Assembly: GCA_965240325.2 (NCBI GenBank)
Contig: OZ251232.1
Span: 682,001 to 746,000 of the forward strand
Direction of reading: 5' to 3'
DNA length: 64,000 bases
Source of the DNA: Rebecca billardiae RCC1528
Taxonomy: Eukaryota; Protista; Haptophyta
The position numbers were made by a program, and so were the translations under genes. Below the pieces are notes generated by a model. That model made no database searches. It saw only the letters and a program-made list of their open reading frames with translations, and had not been told where the DNA came from. This document shows positions 1 through 11,917 of the stretch, in pieces. Each line of letters starts with the position of its first letter. Position 1 is the stretch's first letter.

Positions 1-1506
1 GCCGTGCGCGCTCGGCGCGCGCGCGCGGGCGCTCGCAGACGCCTCGGCTCGCTGCCCGCCGTGGGGCGCCGCCGGCGCCCGCTCGTCGGCGCGCTCGGCC
101 AACGCCGCCGCGGGCGCCGTGGCCGAGCCCGCGGCCGGTATCGTCGGCGCCGCCGCGGCCTCGCGCGCGGCGCGCGGCGGCGCGCACGCGCGCTGCTGCT
201 CGGCGGCGCGGCCTGCGCCTGCGCCGACACGGCCAGCGCGCGAGCCGCCGCCCAGGTCGAGCCCTCCGAGCCCGAGCCGCGTGTGCCACACCGCCGAGTC
301 GTCCTCCGGCGCGCTCTCGCCCGCCCCCCCGTCGCTGCACACGTCGCCAGAGCCCTCAGTGTCACTGCCGCCGCTGCCAGAGCCGGCGGCGCGCGCGGCG
401 TGCGCGGCCGCGCGCGCGGACGCGGCGGCACGCGCGCGCGCGCGCGCGCCGGCGGCGCCGCCCGCCTCCTCCGCGCCGTGCCGACCGTTGGCGGGCGCCG
501 CGATGCCGGCGGCCGTGCTCGCGGCGGCAGCACCGGCGCTCACGCCGCCCGCCGCGGCCGCGCCGCCAGCTCGGGCGTGCGCGTGCGCGTGCGCGTGCGG
601 CGGCGGTGTGCTCAGCAGCGCGGCGCCGCGGACCGGTGCGGGCGGCGGCGGGCTGGCGCCGCCGTCGGCCCGCGCACGCGCCGCGCCGAACGGCGCCGCG
701 TCCACGCCGATCGACGCGCGCGCGAACGGGTTGCTCGACTGCGCCACCAGCGGCGACGAGAGCGTGCTGCCATCGCAGTGCGCGGCAGCGCCGGCCGGTG
801 CGCCGCCCGCGCCCGCCGCGCCCGCCGCGCCCGTGTGCGCGCCGGCTGCTGCCGCGTGCCGCGGGAGCGCCCACCACGGCCGGCCGTCGCCCTGGTGCCA
901 GACGATCGGCGTCGAGCGCGCCGGCTGCGGCCGCGCGGCGGCCGTCGCCCGCCGCTCGCCCTGGCCGTCTGTGCTCACGCGGTCGTCCGCGGCGCACCAC
1001 GCCGCCTCGGGCGAGGCGGCGGTCGAGCGCGCGGCGCGCTTGCTCGCCGAGCGAGCGGCGCTGCCGGCGGGTGCGGAGGAGTGTGCCACCGCGGCGGAGA
1101 GCTGGCACGCCGCGAGGAAGCCCTCCAGCGCGCACTCGCTCGCTGCGCCGGCGTCAGACCGACCCGCATCCGCGGCCGACTGACACGAGGCCGAGCGCGA
1201 GTCATCGTCGCGCACCTGGGCGTCCGAGCCGTGCGCGGGCGCGTGGCTGAGGGTCTTGCTCCGCGCGGCTTTCACCGCGCGCCGCGGCGCCAGGCTCGCG
1301 TGGTTGCGCTTGCTGCCAGACGCGAGCGCTCCGGTCGGCGGTGGCGGCGGCAGCAAACCCGCGCCGCCGCTCGAGTCAGCGAGGACGAGCGAGTCGGCGC
1401 CGTCGGAGCTGGCGCAGCGGAGCACGTTGCCTTCGTACGTCCGCTGCCCCGTCTTCAGCCGGTCCCGCCAGCGGCATCCCGGGTAGCGCGGCGCCCCTGG
1501 CTCCAT
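1..1506 (-). CDS. Hypothetical Ala/Gly-rich protein, 5' part only (runs off the window edge)
   Basis: ATG at 1506 opens a minus frame (MEPGAPRYPGCRWRDRLKTGQRTYEGNVLRCASSDG...) with no stop before position 1. It is divergent from NDUFAF7 across a short, lower-GC spacer. No recognisable domain. Confidence 0.5.
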   Translation of the reverse strand, partial: MEPGAPRYPGCRWRDRLKTGQRTYEGNVLRCASSDGADSLVLADSSGGAGLLPPPPPTGALASGSKRNHASLAPRRAVKAARSKTLSHAPAHGSDAQVRDDDSRSASCQSAADAGRSDAGAASECALEGFLAACQLSAAVAHSSAPAGSAARSASKRAARSTAASPEAAWCAADDRVSTDGQGERRATAAARPQPARSTPIVWHQGDGRPWWALPRHAAAAGAHTGAAGAAGAGGAPAGAAAHCDGSTLSSPLVAQSSNPFARASIGVDAAPFGAARARADGGASPPPPAPVRGAALLSTPPPHAHAHAHARAGGAAAAGGVSAGAAAASTAAGIAAPANGRHGAEEAGGAAGARARARAAASARAAAHAARAAGSGSGGSDTEGSGDVCSDGGAGESAPEDDSAVWHTRLGLGGLDLGGGSRAGRVGAGAGRAAEQQRACAPPRAAREAAAAPTIPAAGSATAPAAALAERADERAPAAPHGGQRAEASASARARAPSAHG

Positions 1507-1765
1507 GCCAAGAGCTCTCCCGCCCCCCTTCGCTGTGCCTGCCCGCCGCGCAAGCGCCAAGCAGGCTTGGCCGCGGGCACCGCCGCACTGGGCATTAGAT
1601 GAGCCCCGATACCTACCGGCGGCTACCCGCCCCGTTGAGTGCCAGTCATCATCAAATCTGAGCTCACGTCCAGCCTGAAAATCTCGTCAGCAGAAAATAG
1701 CGCGGGAAAACGAAAACATGAGAAGCGGTGCCGACTGCCGAGGCCAGGACGCAAAGGTCCGCACG

Positions 1766-3055
1766 ATGGCGTCGCGCTCGGCGCTCGCTCGTGAGCTGGC
1801 GGGCATGATCCGCTTCCGCGGCCCCGTCACGTTCGCCGAGTACATGCGGCAGTGCCTGACGCACCCGGTGCACGGGTACTACATGCGCCGCGACGTCTTC
1901 GGCCGGCGCGGCGACTTCATCACCGGCCCTGAGATCTCGCAGGTCTTTGGCGAGCTGGTGGGGGTGTGGTGCGTCGCGATGTGGCAGCAGCTGGGCGAGC
2001 CTCGCGCGCTGCGCGTGGTCGAGGCCGGTCCGGGGCGCGGTACGCTCATGGCCGACATGCTCCGCGTGATCTCACGCCACGAGCCCATGGCGAGCGCCAC
2101 GAGCATCGAGCTCATCGAAGTGTCTCCGTTCATGCGCGAGGCTCAGCGCGTGGCGCTCGCCGACGACAGCGACAGCACCGCGCCGCCGCGGACTCGGCTC
2201 GGCGGCATGCCAATCGCGTGGCACGACAGCGTGCGTGACCTCGTCGAGCGCGAGCGCCAGGACGCCTCCTCGCCGCCGCCGCCCTGCCTCTTCGTCGCCC
2301 ACGAGTTCCTCGACGCTCTGCCGGTGCACAAGTTCAGCCGAGCGAGGCCCGACGCGGACGGCTTGCCGGGCGAGTGGCGCGAGGTGCTCGTGGACGTGGC
2401 GGACGACGAGGCGGCGGACGAGGCGGGGGTGGTCGGCCAGCCGGACGCGGGCAGCGACGCTCGCGCCGCGCCACCGGACTTTCGGCTCGTGCTCGCGCCG
2501 GGGCCGACGCCGGCGCTTGCCGCGCTGCGGTCCCTCCTGCCCGCGCGCTCGGAGGCGCCCGACGGCGTCCGAGCCGGCGCTGCCGAGGAGGTGGAGCTGT
2601 GCCCGCTGGCGCACGCGTTCGTGCACGACGTGGGCGAGCACATCGCGGCGCACCGCGGCGGCGCGCTGCTCATCGACTACGGCCCCGCGAGCGGGCGCGT
2701 CTCGCACTCGGCGCGCGCGATCGTGGAGCACCAGTTCGTGCCGCTGCTCGAGAGGGCGGGCGAGGCGGACCTGTCCGCGCTCGTCGACTTTGGGGCGCTC
2801 AGCGGCGTCGCGCGCGAGAACGAGGGGCTCGCCGTCAGCGAGGTCGCGACGCAGCGCTCCTTCCTGGGCGCGATGGGCCTCGAGGCGCGTGTGAACGCCC
2901 TGCTCACGCGCGCGAGCGCAGCGGATGCGCGGGCGCTCGTCGCGGCTGCCCACAGGCTGGTGGCCGCCCCGGGCATGGGCGAGGAGTACAAGGCGCTCGG
3001 CTTCAGCGACAAGGCGACCGGGGGGGCAGTGGGCTTCCCGAGCGGCTCGCCTTGA
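1766..3055 (+). CDS. NDUFAF7: Protein arginine methyltransferase NDUFAF7/MidA (complex I assembly)
   Basis: GPVTFAEYMRQCLTHPVHGYY, GDFITGPEISQVFGELVG, VVEAGPGRGTLMADML, AHEFLDALP, LLIDYG and DLSALVDF are hallmark MidA motifs. Alternative in-frame ATG at 1718. Confidence 0.93.
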   Translation: MASRSALARELAGMIRFRGPVTFAEYMRQCLTHPVHGYYMRRDVFGRRGDFITGPEISQVFGELVGVWCVAMWQQLGEPRALRVVEAGPGRGTLMADMLRVISRHEPMASATSIELIEVSPFMREAQRVALADDSDSTAPPRTRLGGMPIAWHDSVRDLVERERQDASSPPPPCLFVAHEFLDALPVHKFSRARPDADGLPGEWREVLVDVADDEAADEAGVVGQPDAGSDARAAPPDFRLVLAPGPTPALAALRSLLPARSEAPDGVRAGAAEEVELCPLAHAFVHDVGEHIAAHRGGALLIDYGPASGRVSHSARAIVEHQFVPLLERAGEADLSALVDFGALSGVARENEGLAVSEVATQRSFLGAMGLEARVNALLTRASAADARALVAAAHRLVAAPGMGEEYKALGFSDKATGGAVGFPSGSP

Positions 3056-5316
3056 GAGAAACCGCCCGGCGTTGCGGCGCTCGCCCTCGGCCGCGCGGAC
3101 CCTCGCGGGACAAGTCGCACCGGCAGGCGCTGCCGCCGCCGGCACCCGCGCCGAGGGCCCCTGATGATGATCGACCGGGCAGCCGTGCGATCCCGCTGGT
3201 ATCCCTCACTCAGTGACCCGGCAGACCGCGGGACCTCGCCGTCGGGCCTGGTCCAGCCGCCGTCGGGCGATGGCTGGATGGCAGAATCGATCGTCGGCGG
3301 GCGGGGCCCATTGGGCATTGCAATATGCCGGTAAATTGGATTTGTGGACGACGATTATTTATTATATTAATTGCGTCGTAGTACGAGTAGTAAACATCAA
3401 GCAGTCGTAGTAACAAAATATATAATAAATAGTAGATATATATAAGTTTTAGTAATATTATTGGCCGGGCCAGCCCGCAGCCACCCAGCCACTACTGTGT
3501 CATGGGTTCAAAACCAGTTTCCAGGTCTCTCTTCGGAGAGCGTGCGCTGAAGGATGGCGCGGCAACCTGCCACCGTGAGCCTTACGCACGTTAAAACAAA
3601 TAAACTGTACTCTCCCGCAGCTGCGCCGGCCGGCGCAGGCAGGCTGAGGCAGGCTGGCCATCGGATTGTCGTACGACGTCAGTATATAGCCGCCTCATCG
3701 ATCATCGCGCGTCATTATTATATTACGTACAGACTATACTCGTCTGATCTTACATTGGCCACGCCAAATCAGGACGGTGACTCAGGCCTGAGCCCCGGCG
3801 GAGATAGTGAGCCCGCGGGCCCGCCGGGCCGGCGCGGGGCGCCGCGGCCCCCGGGCGGCCCGCGGGCGGGCCGCGCCCGGCCGGCGTTGCGGACGACCGA
3901 CCGGCCCGGGTCCGGCGCTGCTGAATGAGCTGAATCTGATCCGGGAACAGCTAGTCCGAGCATCTTGCCCTTGATGGTGATCTCAGATCTGATGCTTGGA
4001 CTACCCCCATAGACACTACTCACTAGTGAGTACGCGTGATGAACTTGAAGTAACCGAATCTTGGAAGTTGGAACCATAATAAAATTTTGGACTACTAATC
4101 ACTGTCTGTCAGTACTAATTCTATATGATTTAAAGACAAGTGAGGCCGGTTAATTAATAAACGAATTAATAAAATTTGAGTACGTGAGCGAATCGCTGCG
4201 ACTTCCGGTCGTAACACGCGGGTACGCGGACGGCGACGGGACGGCGCGCGGCCTCCGCAGTCCGCGGCGGGACGGCGCTGCTCCGGCTCCCGGACTCGGG
4301 GCCACCGTCTGGCTGCGAGTGCGGCACTGCGGCCCGCCGAGTGCGTCTCCGACTCCGAGTCGCGGTTGACCGTGTGACTCGGTGACTGCGGGTAGTGACT
4401 AGTGACCGGTGTCTGCGGCACTCTCGGACTCGGACTCGGAGGCCGCCGGCGCCGCGCGGCCGCGGGACCCGGGCGTAGTTTTTTGAGTCTAAGCCGAGAA
4501 GGACATCAGGTATCCGGTCGGGCTCAGTCGCAGTCGGCCGGGCGCCCTGCGATCCGCCTGATCCGACTATCCGAGCAGCACCGATACTCCGACCTCTGCC
4601 TCTGGCTCAATTGCCCTCCGTATCGGACCGAGCCACGGCCGCCAGTGAGTCTGTCGATTCGGCCATCAGCCAGGAGCGGCCTTGGCAGCTGGTGGCTCGT
4701 CGTTGGAATCGAGTACGCACCGCGTCGCCGTGGATATGTTCACGAGAGCGTGCACTGGGAAGGCTCAACGCACGCGACGTGCCCTGTGTCGTCATCATCC
4801 ACGTACACGGCGCGCCGGACGAGTGGTGTGCTCTCGCCGCCAGTGATGGGTTGCGATGGCAACGCCCCTGCGTGTCGCTGGCGCAGGCGCCCAGTCGGCT
4901 TGGCGCGACCAGCAAGCTCGGCAGCCGCGGCAGGCGGCACCGCCGGGAATGATTCGTACACGTCATTTGCGCCCACTGGGCAGCCTCCGGGCGTGTATGC
5001 TTGGCACGCGAACGCGGATGGCGTGAATGCACTCCTGGAGGGCGCGGCGACGCGTGCCGCCCGTGGGGGGCAGGATGGTGGAGCTGGCGAGGTGGACACG
5101 TGAAGTTCGTGCTGCTCCTTGAAGAGTTCGATGTTCTGATCCACGTCGACGGACGGCGTGTTGCGCTCGCCAAGCGCCCTGCGCTGCGGCATGGCTGTTT
5201 GAAGCAGACCACTGCCAGCGTCCGCCTTCGGGCCCTTCGCGCTCGAAAGTCCGGGAAAAGTGGTGGCCACCGGACGGGCTTGTTGGCGACCTCTCCGCCC
5301 ACGCGGAGCAGCAGCC

Positions 5317-8300
5317 ATGGGACGCGGGGGCGCGGACGACGACGACGATGAGGAGGAGGACGACGACTTCGTCCCCGGTGGCGAGGAGGAGGAGGAGGAG
5401 GAGGAGGAGGGCGGCGAGGAGGGTGGCGATGCGGACGACGCCGGCGGCGCCGCCGAGGGCGATGCCGCCGACGACGACCGGCCCGCGCGCAAGAAGCGGC
5501 GGCGCTCGCAGTTTGTCGACGACGAGGCGGGCGTGGACGAGGACGAGGACGAGGAGGACGCGGCGGACGCGCGCGCGCGCCGCGCGCGGGAGAAGGCGCG
5601 CCAGCGCCGCTCGCAGTTCATCGACGACATCGCCGAGGTCGAGGACGACGAGGACGAGGGCGACGACGACGAGGACGACGACGACGACGAGGGCGGCGCC
5701 GAGCCGGACGACGAGCCGGACGAGCTCGACGCGTCGAAGATCCGGCGGCAGAACGAGGAGCTGGCGCGGCAGCAGCGGGACAAGGAGTACGCCGACCTCG
5801 AGCGCCAGGTCGAGGAGCGCTACCGCGACCAGCAGCAGCGCGCGCGCCAGTACGCGGACGAGGGGCCGTCGAGCGGCCCGCGCGACGAGATCCGCAAGCA
5901 CGCCGAGCTGCCGAGCATGTCGGACCCGAAGCTGTTCCTGATCCGGTGCAAGCCGGGGCACGAGCGCGAGATCGTGATCTACCTCATGCAGAAGTTCGTC
6001 AACCACCGCGGCACGCCCGAGGCGCTGCAGGTCACGTCGGCGCTCGCGACCGCGATCAAGGGGTACGTGTACGTCGAGGCGCACAAGGAGGCGCACGTGC
6101 GCTCGGCCATCTCGCAGATCCGCAACCTGTTCGGCTCGTCGGTGAAGCTGGTGCCGCTCGGCGAGATGACCGACGTGCTGCGCATGCCCTCCAAGCGCGA
6201 GCGCGCCGAGTCGCAGATCGCCGTCGGCTCGTGGGTGCGGCTCAAGCGGCCGGCCGAGTACAAGGCCGACCTCGCGGCCGTGCTCAACGTCGACGACCTG
6301 CAGGCGAGCGGCGAGCTGGTCGTGCGCGTGGTGCCGCGGCTGGACTACACGATCCTGGCGCGCGAGCCGAACGAGGACGGCTCGCGCCGCCGATCCGGCG
6401 CGCGCCCCGCCGCGCGCCTCTTCAACCTCGCCGAGGCGACCAACGCCGGCTTCGAGCCGTACGCGCTCGAGCGCACCGCCAAGAACACGGCATACGGCCT
6501 CTCCCAGCCGCGCGAGTACTCGGCCTACCGCTTCGAGGACGGGTTCATGATCCGGACGGTGAAGCTGGCGCACGTCGCGACGGACGCGTCGCCGACGGCC
6601 GACGAGGTCGAGATCTTCCGCGCGATGCTCGCCTCCGTCGGCAAGGAGGGCGAGTCCGCCGCGCTGCTGAGCGGGATGGAGCGCGCCGTGCGCTCGGCCG
6701 TGCAGGCGACGTTTGTGCCGGGGGACACCGTGCGTGTCGTCGAGGGCGACATGGTCGGGCTGAAGTGCACGGTGCTGCGCGTGCACCCGGACGGCGCGCT
6801 GACGTGCCAGCCGCACCACGAGGCGCTCACCGAGCCGATCGAGCTCAAGGCCACGCAGCTCGTCAAGCACTTCCGGCTGGGCGACCACTGCCAGGTGCTG
6901 CGCGGCCAGTACGCGGGCGAGACGGGGCTGGTCGTGCGCGTGGAGGCGGACTCGGTCACGCTCTTCTCCGACCTGTCGAAGCACGAGATCGAGGTGCGCC
7001 CCGCCGACCTGACCGAGGCGGCGGAGGTCTCCGCCGGCCGCGAGACCCTCGGCGCGTACGCGCTCTACGACCTCGTCCAGCTCGACCCGACGAGCGTGGG
7101 CGTGATTGTGAAGGTGGAGCACTCCTCCTTCAAGCTGCTCGGCTCAAACGGCGCGCTGCGCACCGTGCGGCTGGGCGAGATGGGGCGGAAGCGCACGTCG
7201 CGCGGCGCGATCGCGCTCGACTCGAAGATGAACCAGATCTCCGTCGGCGACGTGCTCCTCGTCGACGACGGGCGGCAGGGCGCGGTCAAGCACCTCTTCA
7301 AGTCGTACGTCTTCCTGCACTCCGCCACGTCCGCCGAGAACGCGGGCGTGTTTGTCGTGCGAGCGCGCCAGACCGCGCTGATCGACGGCTCGTCCGCCGC
7401 GCCGAAGCCGGCGTTCCAGGGGCAGTCGTACGGCGTGGAGGTGGGCGGCGACGCGGGCGGGCCGTTCCGCCCGATGTCGCCCTCGCGCTACAACTCCGGG
7501 CTGGGCGGGCCCGGCGGCGGGTGGGACGGCGGCCGCGGGCGCGGCGGCGGGCGCGGCGGCGGCGGCGGGCGCGGCCGCGGCCGGCGCGACGAGTTCGTCA
7601 ACGCGAACGTGCGCATCCAGGCGGGCCCGTACAAGGGGATGTACGGGATGGTGCGCACGGCGAGCGAGTCCACCGCGCGCGTCGAGCTCAGCGCCAAGGC
7701 CAAGACCGTCACCGTCGACAAGACCAAGCTGATGATCGTCGAGGCGCAGGGCGGCGGCGCGCTCGGCGGCGGCGGCGGCGGCGGGCTCGCGCCGAGCCTG
7801 GCGCCGCCCGCCGGCGGCCTCGGCCTGCCCACGCCGCTGCGCGACGACGGGTTCCGCACGCCGATGCGCGGCGACGGCGCGTTCCCCTCCACGCCGATGC
7901 GCGACTCCGCGCCGCAGACCCCGCTGCACGGCGCGCTCGGCGGCGCCGCAGACAACGACGACGACGACACGCCGCACTCCAACCCCTGGGACCCCACGCG
8001 CACCCCTGCGCACGACCCGTGGTCCGCGCGCGAGTCCGTGCACGCCTCGCGCACGCCGTCGCACTCGGTGGGGTGGGATCACAACGCGGACACCGAGTCG
8101 CACGGGCTGGACGACCTGGGCCGCGGGCTCAACCACGCGCCGCAGTGGCCGCCGCCCGAGCCGATCCAGTGCGTCGCACCGCCCGAGCGCGCGCGCGCCT
8201 CCGCCGCGCGCGCCTCCGCCGCGCGCGCCGTCGCGCGCGCACCCGTCTGCGCGGCCTCCCCTTGTGGCGCACGGCCGATGACCCGCGCCGACGCGCGCGC

Positions 8301-8817
8301 GGCGCGCGGCGCGCAGGGCGGCGGGAGGGCCAGCCGAAGGGCGCGCGCCGCCGCCGCCGCCTCCGGGAGCGCCGCCAGCCTGGGCCCTGGGCCAGTCTCA
8401 CGCGCTGCCAGTGCCGCCGCCGCCTCCGCCGGTGCGCGCCGCGGCCGGCCTGCGCGCGCTCGCTCGCTGCCGCCCGCGCCGCCGCCCTCACCGCCGCCCG
8501 CGCCGCGGCGCCGCGCCCCGCCGGCCGCGCCGCCTCCGCTGCGCCCGCCCCCCCCGCGCAGGGCCCGCCGCCCCCCGGCAGCGGCCTGGGCGGCCCGATG
8601 TCGCCGCACGGCGCGGGGCTGGACGCGTATGCGCACGGCGCGCTCGCGCCGCAGCCGTACGCGGGCGGTGCGCCCGGCGGCCCCGGCCTCGGCCTCGCGG
8701 CCAACTCGCCGATGCACCCGGGCGGCGCGCTCGGCGTCACCGCCTCGCCCACGTGGTCCGGCCCGGGAGGCAGCGGCGCGCTCGTCGGCTCGCTCGGCGA
8801 CGTCGGCGGGAGCGCCG

Positions 8818-8861
<44 letters not shown>

Positions 8862-9194
8862 CCTCCGCTGCCGGCTGAGATTGAGGTGCGCGCGCTGGGC
8901 GGCGCGCACGCGGGCAAGTCGGGGAAGATCACGCAGGCGCGCGCGGGCGGCGAGCGCTACGTGGTCGCCCTGAGCTCGGAGGACGGCGTCGTCGTCGCCG
9001 AGCTCGCGCGGCACGAGCTCGAGGTGGTCGCGCCGGGCAAGAAGGACCAGATCATCATCGTGCATGGCGACCTGCTCCACTCGACCGGCACGCTGATCGG
9101 CGTGGACGGCACCGACGGCATCGTCAAGATGGACACGACCAACGACATCAAGATCGTCGAGCTACGCTCGTGCGCCAAGCTCGTGCGCACCTGA
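5317..9194 (+). CDS. SPT5: Transcription elongation factor SPT5; predicted introns 8169-8316 and 8432-8561
   Basis: Acidic N-terminus, NGN domain (LPSMSDPKLFLIRCKPGHERE...KGYVYVEA), several KOW motifs, TP-rich C-terminal repeats (TPLRDDG/TPMRGDG/TPAHDPW) and final KOW (GTLIGVDGTDGIVKMD). Two GT..AG introns join the three frames in phase. Confidence 0.95.
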
Positions 9195-9707
9195 GGCGCG
9201 CGCTGGCGGCGCGCCGAGTCGTGCGGAGCCGTGGCGTGCCGAACATCATCCATCAGCAGAGCAGATGATGCCATGGCCGCCGCGGTAGGATGCGGCCGCC
9301 CCGGCAGGCGGCTCACCTCTGACATCGCTCGGCCGAGTGCCGCTGAGTGTCACTGGTCAGTGGTCACTGCGAGTGCCGCGAGCGCCTTGTCAGCGCCTGC
9401 GGCAGCGGCATGCCATCATCACGATCTGCGGCGCGCGCTGTACATGCATGCGCAGCGCGCGCATATATGTCTGATCGACGACGATCGACTACTATATATA
9501 TATCAGGCGATTAATCGTCAGGACAGTGGACAGTCAATTAAGGGCAAGTCCGCGAGTCCGGCTGAGTCCCGGATCGTGCGCGCGCGCATCATATCATGCT
9601 GTTGACGATGCTGTAGCAGCTACTACACTGAGTAGCACGGTTATATTATAGATGAATGTCGCAGCCCGCGGACTCATCAGGCGGGGCGGTCATTTATTAA
9701 GTCTAGT

Positions 9708-9792
9708 AGCCCGGACGATGGCGGCGATATCGTGATGATCGTCGTCATCGTCATCAGCTAGCAGCCCGGACGATGGCGGCCATATATCGTGA
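9708..9792. repeat. Short imperfect direct repeat (AGCCCGGACGATGGCGGC...ATATCGTGA x2)
   Basis: Copies start at 9708 and 9763. Confidence 0.7.
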
Positions 9793-9904
9793 CACTCTGA
9801 TTGTCCGTTGTCGTCTGTCGTCATCGTCCGATCAGCCAGCAGACTGCAGCAGAGTCGCCAGTCGGACGGACGACTCAGGCTCAGCAGACTGCGCAGATTG
9901 TCAC

Positions 9905-10025
<121 letters not shown>

Positions 10026-10029
10026 GGGT

Positions 10030-10170
10030 TATGGCCCGCGGTGCAGGGCGGAGCGCGCAGCGTGGAGCCCGCACCAGCGGGCCCGAACCACGTTTCAAAA
10101 AGATCTTTGATCAAGAAAAAAGGGACGGGGGGCGGCGGAAAAAAAGGGACGGGGGGCGATTTTTAGGGCT
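10030..10170 (+). repeat. Dispersed repeat, copy 1
   Basis: ATGGCCCGCGGTGCAGGGCGGAGCGCG...AAAGATCTTTGATCAAGAAAAAAGGGACGGGGG...GATTTTTAGGGCT matches 14783-14906. Confidence 0.8.
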
Positions 10171-10928
10171 GGCGGAGACCGAGTTTCGAGTTTTTGAGAT
10201 CGCATAGAGAGGTCTATTAGGCCGAAAAAGAGCGCGCCCAGCTGATTCCCTTAAGTAAAGTGCGATCTGGACGTCAGCTGGACGTGACATTAGTGTAACG
10301 GTTCGTTACGAGCGAATCGTACTCACGTCTTCCCGGATCGCGTGACGTCCGGACTGGGCCACATCCGGATCGTCGGAGGTGACGTGCCCCGGCACGATGG
10401 GCGATGGCGGATATGCGGGACGGCGCCTGCACGTGCCTCCGGACCCGCCTCCCGCTTGCTGCTCACGCAGTCAGCTGCGACCGTGGCGCATGATCGCAGA
10501 AGCAGTGCCGGCAGTACGGCCTGCATCAGCTAGTGCCGCGCCGTCGTGGCGCGCGCGGTACGGTTGCGCGTTTGCAGCGCTCGCCGCTCGCCGGCTCGGC
10601 GACGGCACGCGCGTGCGGCTCAGGTGTGTCAAATGCGGTCTCGTCGGCGCGCTTTCGCCTGCCACCTCGTGCACCCGTGCCGCCAGTTTCATCGTCTTCA
10701 TGAGGACTGCTGCTGCTGTCGCCATCCGCTCTCCATCACCCCGAGTCGCCGGTCGCGCGGCGCGCGCGGTAGGCACTAGGCAGGGCGTACGGTCACTCAC
10801 CCGCGCAACAGGTCAAGTGGCCAGAGTACGTCTGGTCGTTGGCTGGCACGGGCCGCAGCGCTAAAGCACCCTGCTGTCACACCCGACTCCTTCAGTACTC
10901 CGAGCTCCGCGGCACGACTCACTCGTTC

Positions 10929-11076
10929 GGCACGATCGCGGACGGGTCGGATCCGAGCTGATCAGCCAGAGTTGGACACAGTTTGGCAGCTACTAGTAGT
11001 AATTCCGATGCCGATGGCACGATCGCGGACGGGTCGGATCCGAGCTGATCAGCCAGTTGGACATTTGGCAGCTAGT
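10929..11076. repeat. Imperfect ~60-68 bp direct repeat x2
   Basis: GGCACGATCGCGGACGGGTCGGATCCGAGCTGATCAGCCAG occurs at 10929 and 11016. Confidence 0.85.
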
Positions 11077-11917
11077 TGTCAGACGGACGTCCGATTTGAC
11101 GACCGGTGCCGGGTGCGGTCTCAGGTCCGCTGCTGTGATTGTGTGAAGTGTGAATGAGTCTCGCGGTCGCGCAGGCAGGGCGACGGTCGGACTAATAGCT
11201 TCAGTCATCTCAGAACCGACTTCAACTGGCGAACTGCCACTACGGCGGAGAGCCGCGATTGCACGGCCACCGCGGGCCCCCAACTGCGTTGATTCTATGC
11301 AGAAAAGGACCGCGGAACGCGGTCATATTATGGCACTACAATAACTGATATTGTCTAAGAGGACGGTGCCGGTGGGAGCGCAATGCGCCGTATGGTATCA
11401 ACACCTGCCGCTGCCAATCGGCCCGAGGCAGGCGGCCGAGCGGAAGTCCGGCTGCTATCTTGGCCACCCTCTTCTCGTGCCACGAGGGTCTTTCGAGCCT
11501 GCTGCTCTGTGCGCGCGCACAACGGCCCAGAACTAACTGCTAACTCGTTGTGCTGCTCCTGAGCTTTGAGCGGGTTGGCATGGTGATGGTGATTGGTGAA
11601 TGGTGGCTCTGGAGTCTGGACAGCCAATTGGTGGCCTGGATAGTAGTTATTTATTTCATCATCTGGCGCCGAGCCGACCGACGCGGCCCTGTGTCTCTCT
11701 CGCTCACGCAGCGGACGACGCCCTTCGTTTCGGAAGCGCCCATCACTGTCCTGATGGCTGCAGCTGTTCTGGGCCCGCATCTTTCAGGGCGCCCGCCTCT
11801 GCACGATGGTCGTGCCTCGTGCCTCGCTCTCGTGCGGCTTGGCGGCTCTCGAGCTGCGTCTTCCATATGTGATCGGTACATATGTGATCCCGAGCGCTCG
11901 GAGCTGTCCGAGAAGAC

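Noticed and set aside
4-1602. 532-aa plus-strand ORF at the window start
   Set aside because: Arg-rich antisense shadow of the more plausible minus-strand frame starting at 1506.
3810-3885. GC-only imperfect palindrome
   Set aside because: Expected by chance at this composition; no second copy or TSD found.
4402-5103. 233-aa plus-strand ORF upstream of SPT5
   Set aside because: Non-ATG start, no motifs, and it begins in stuttered intergenic sequence.
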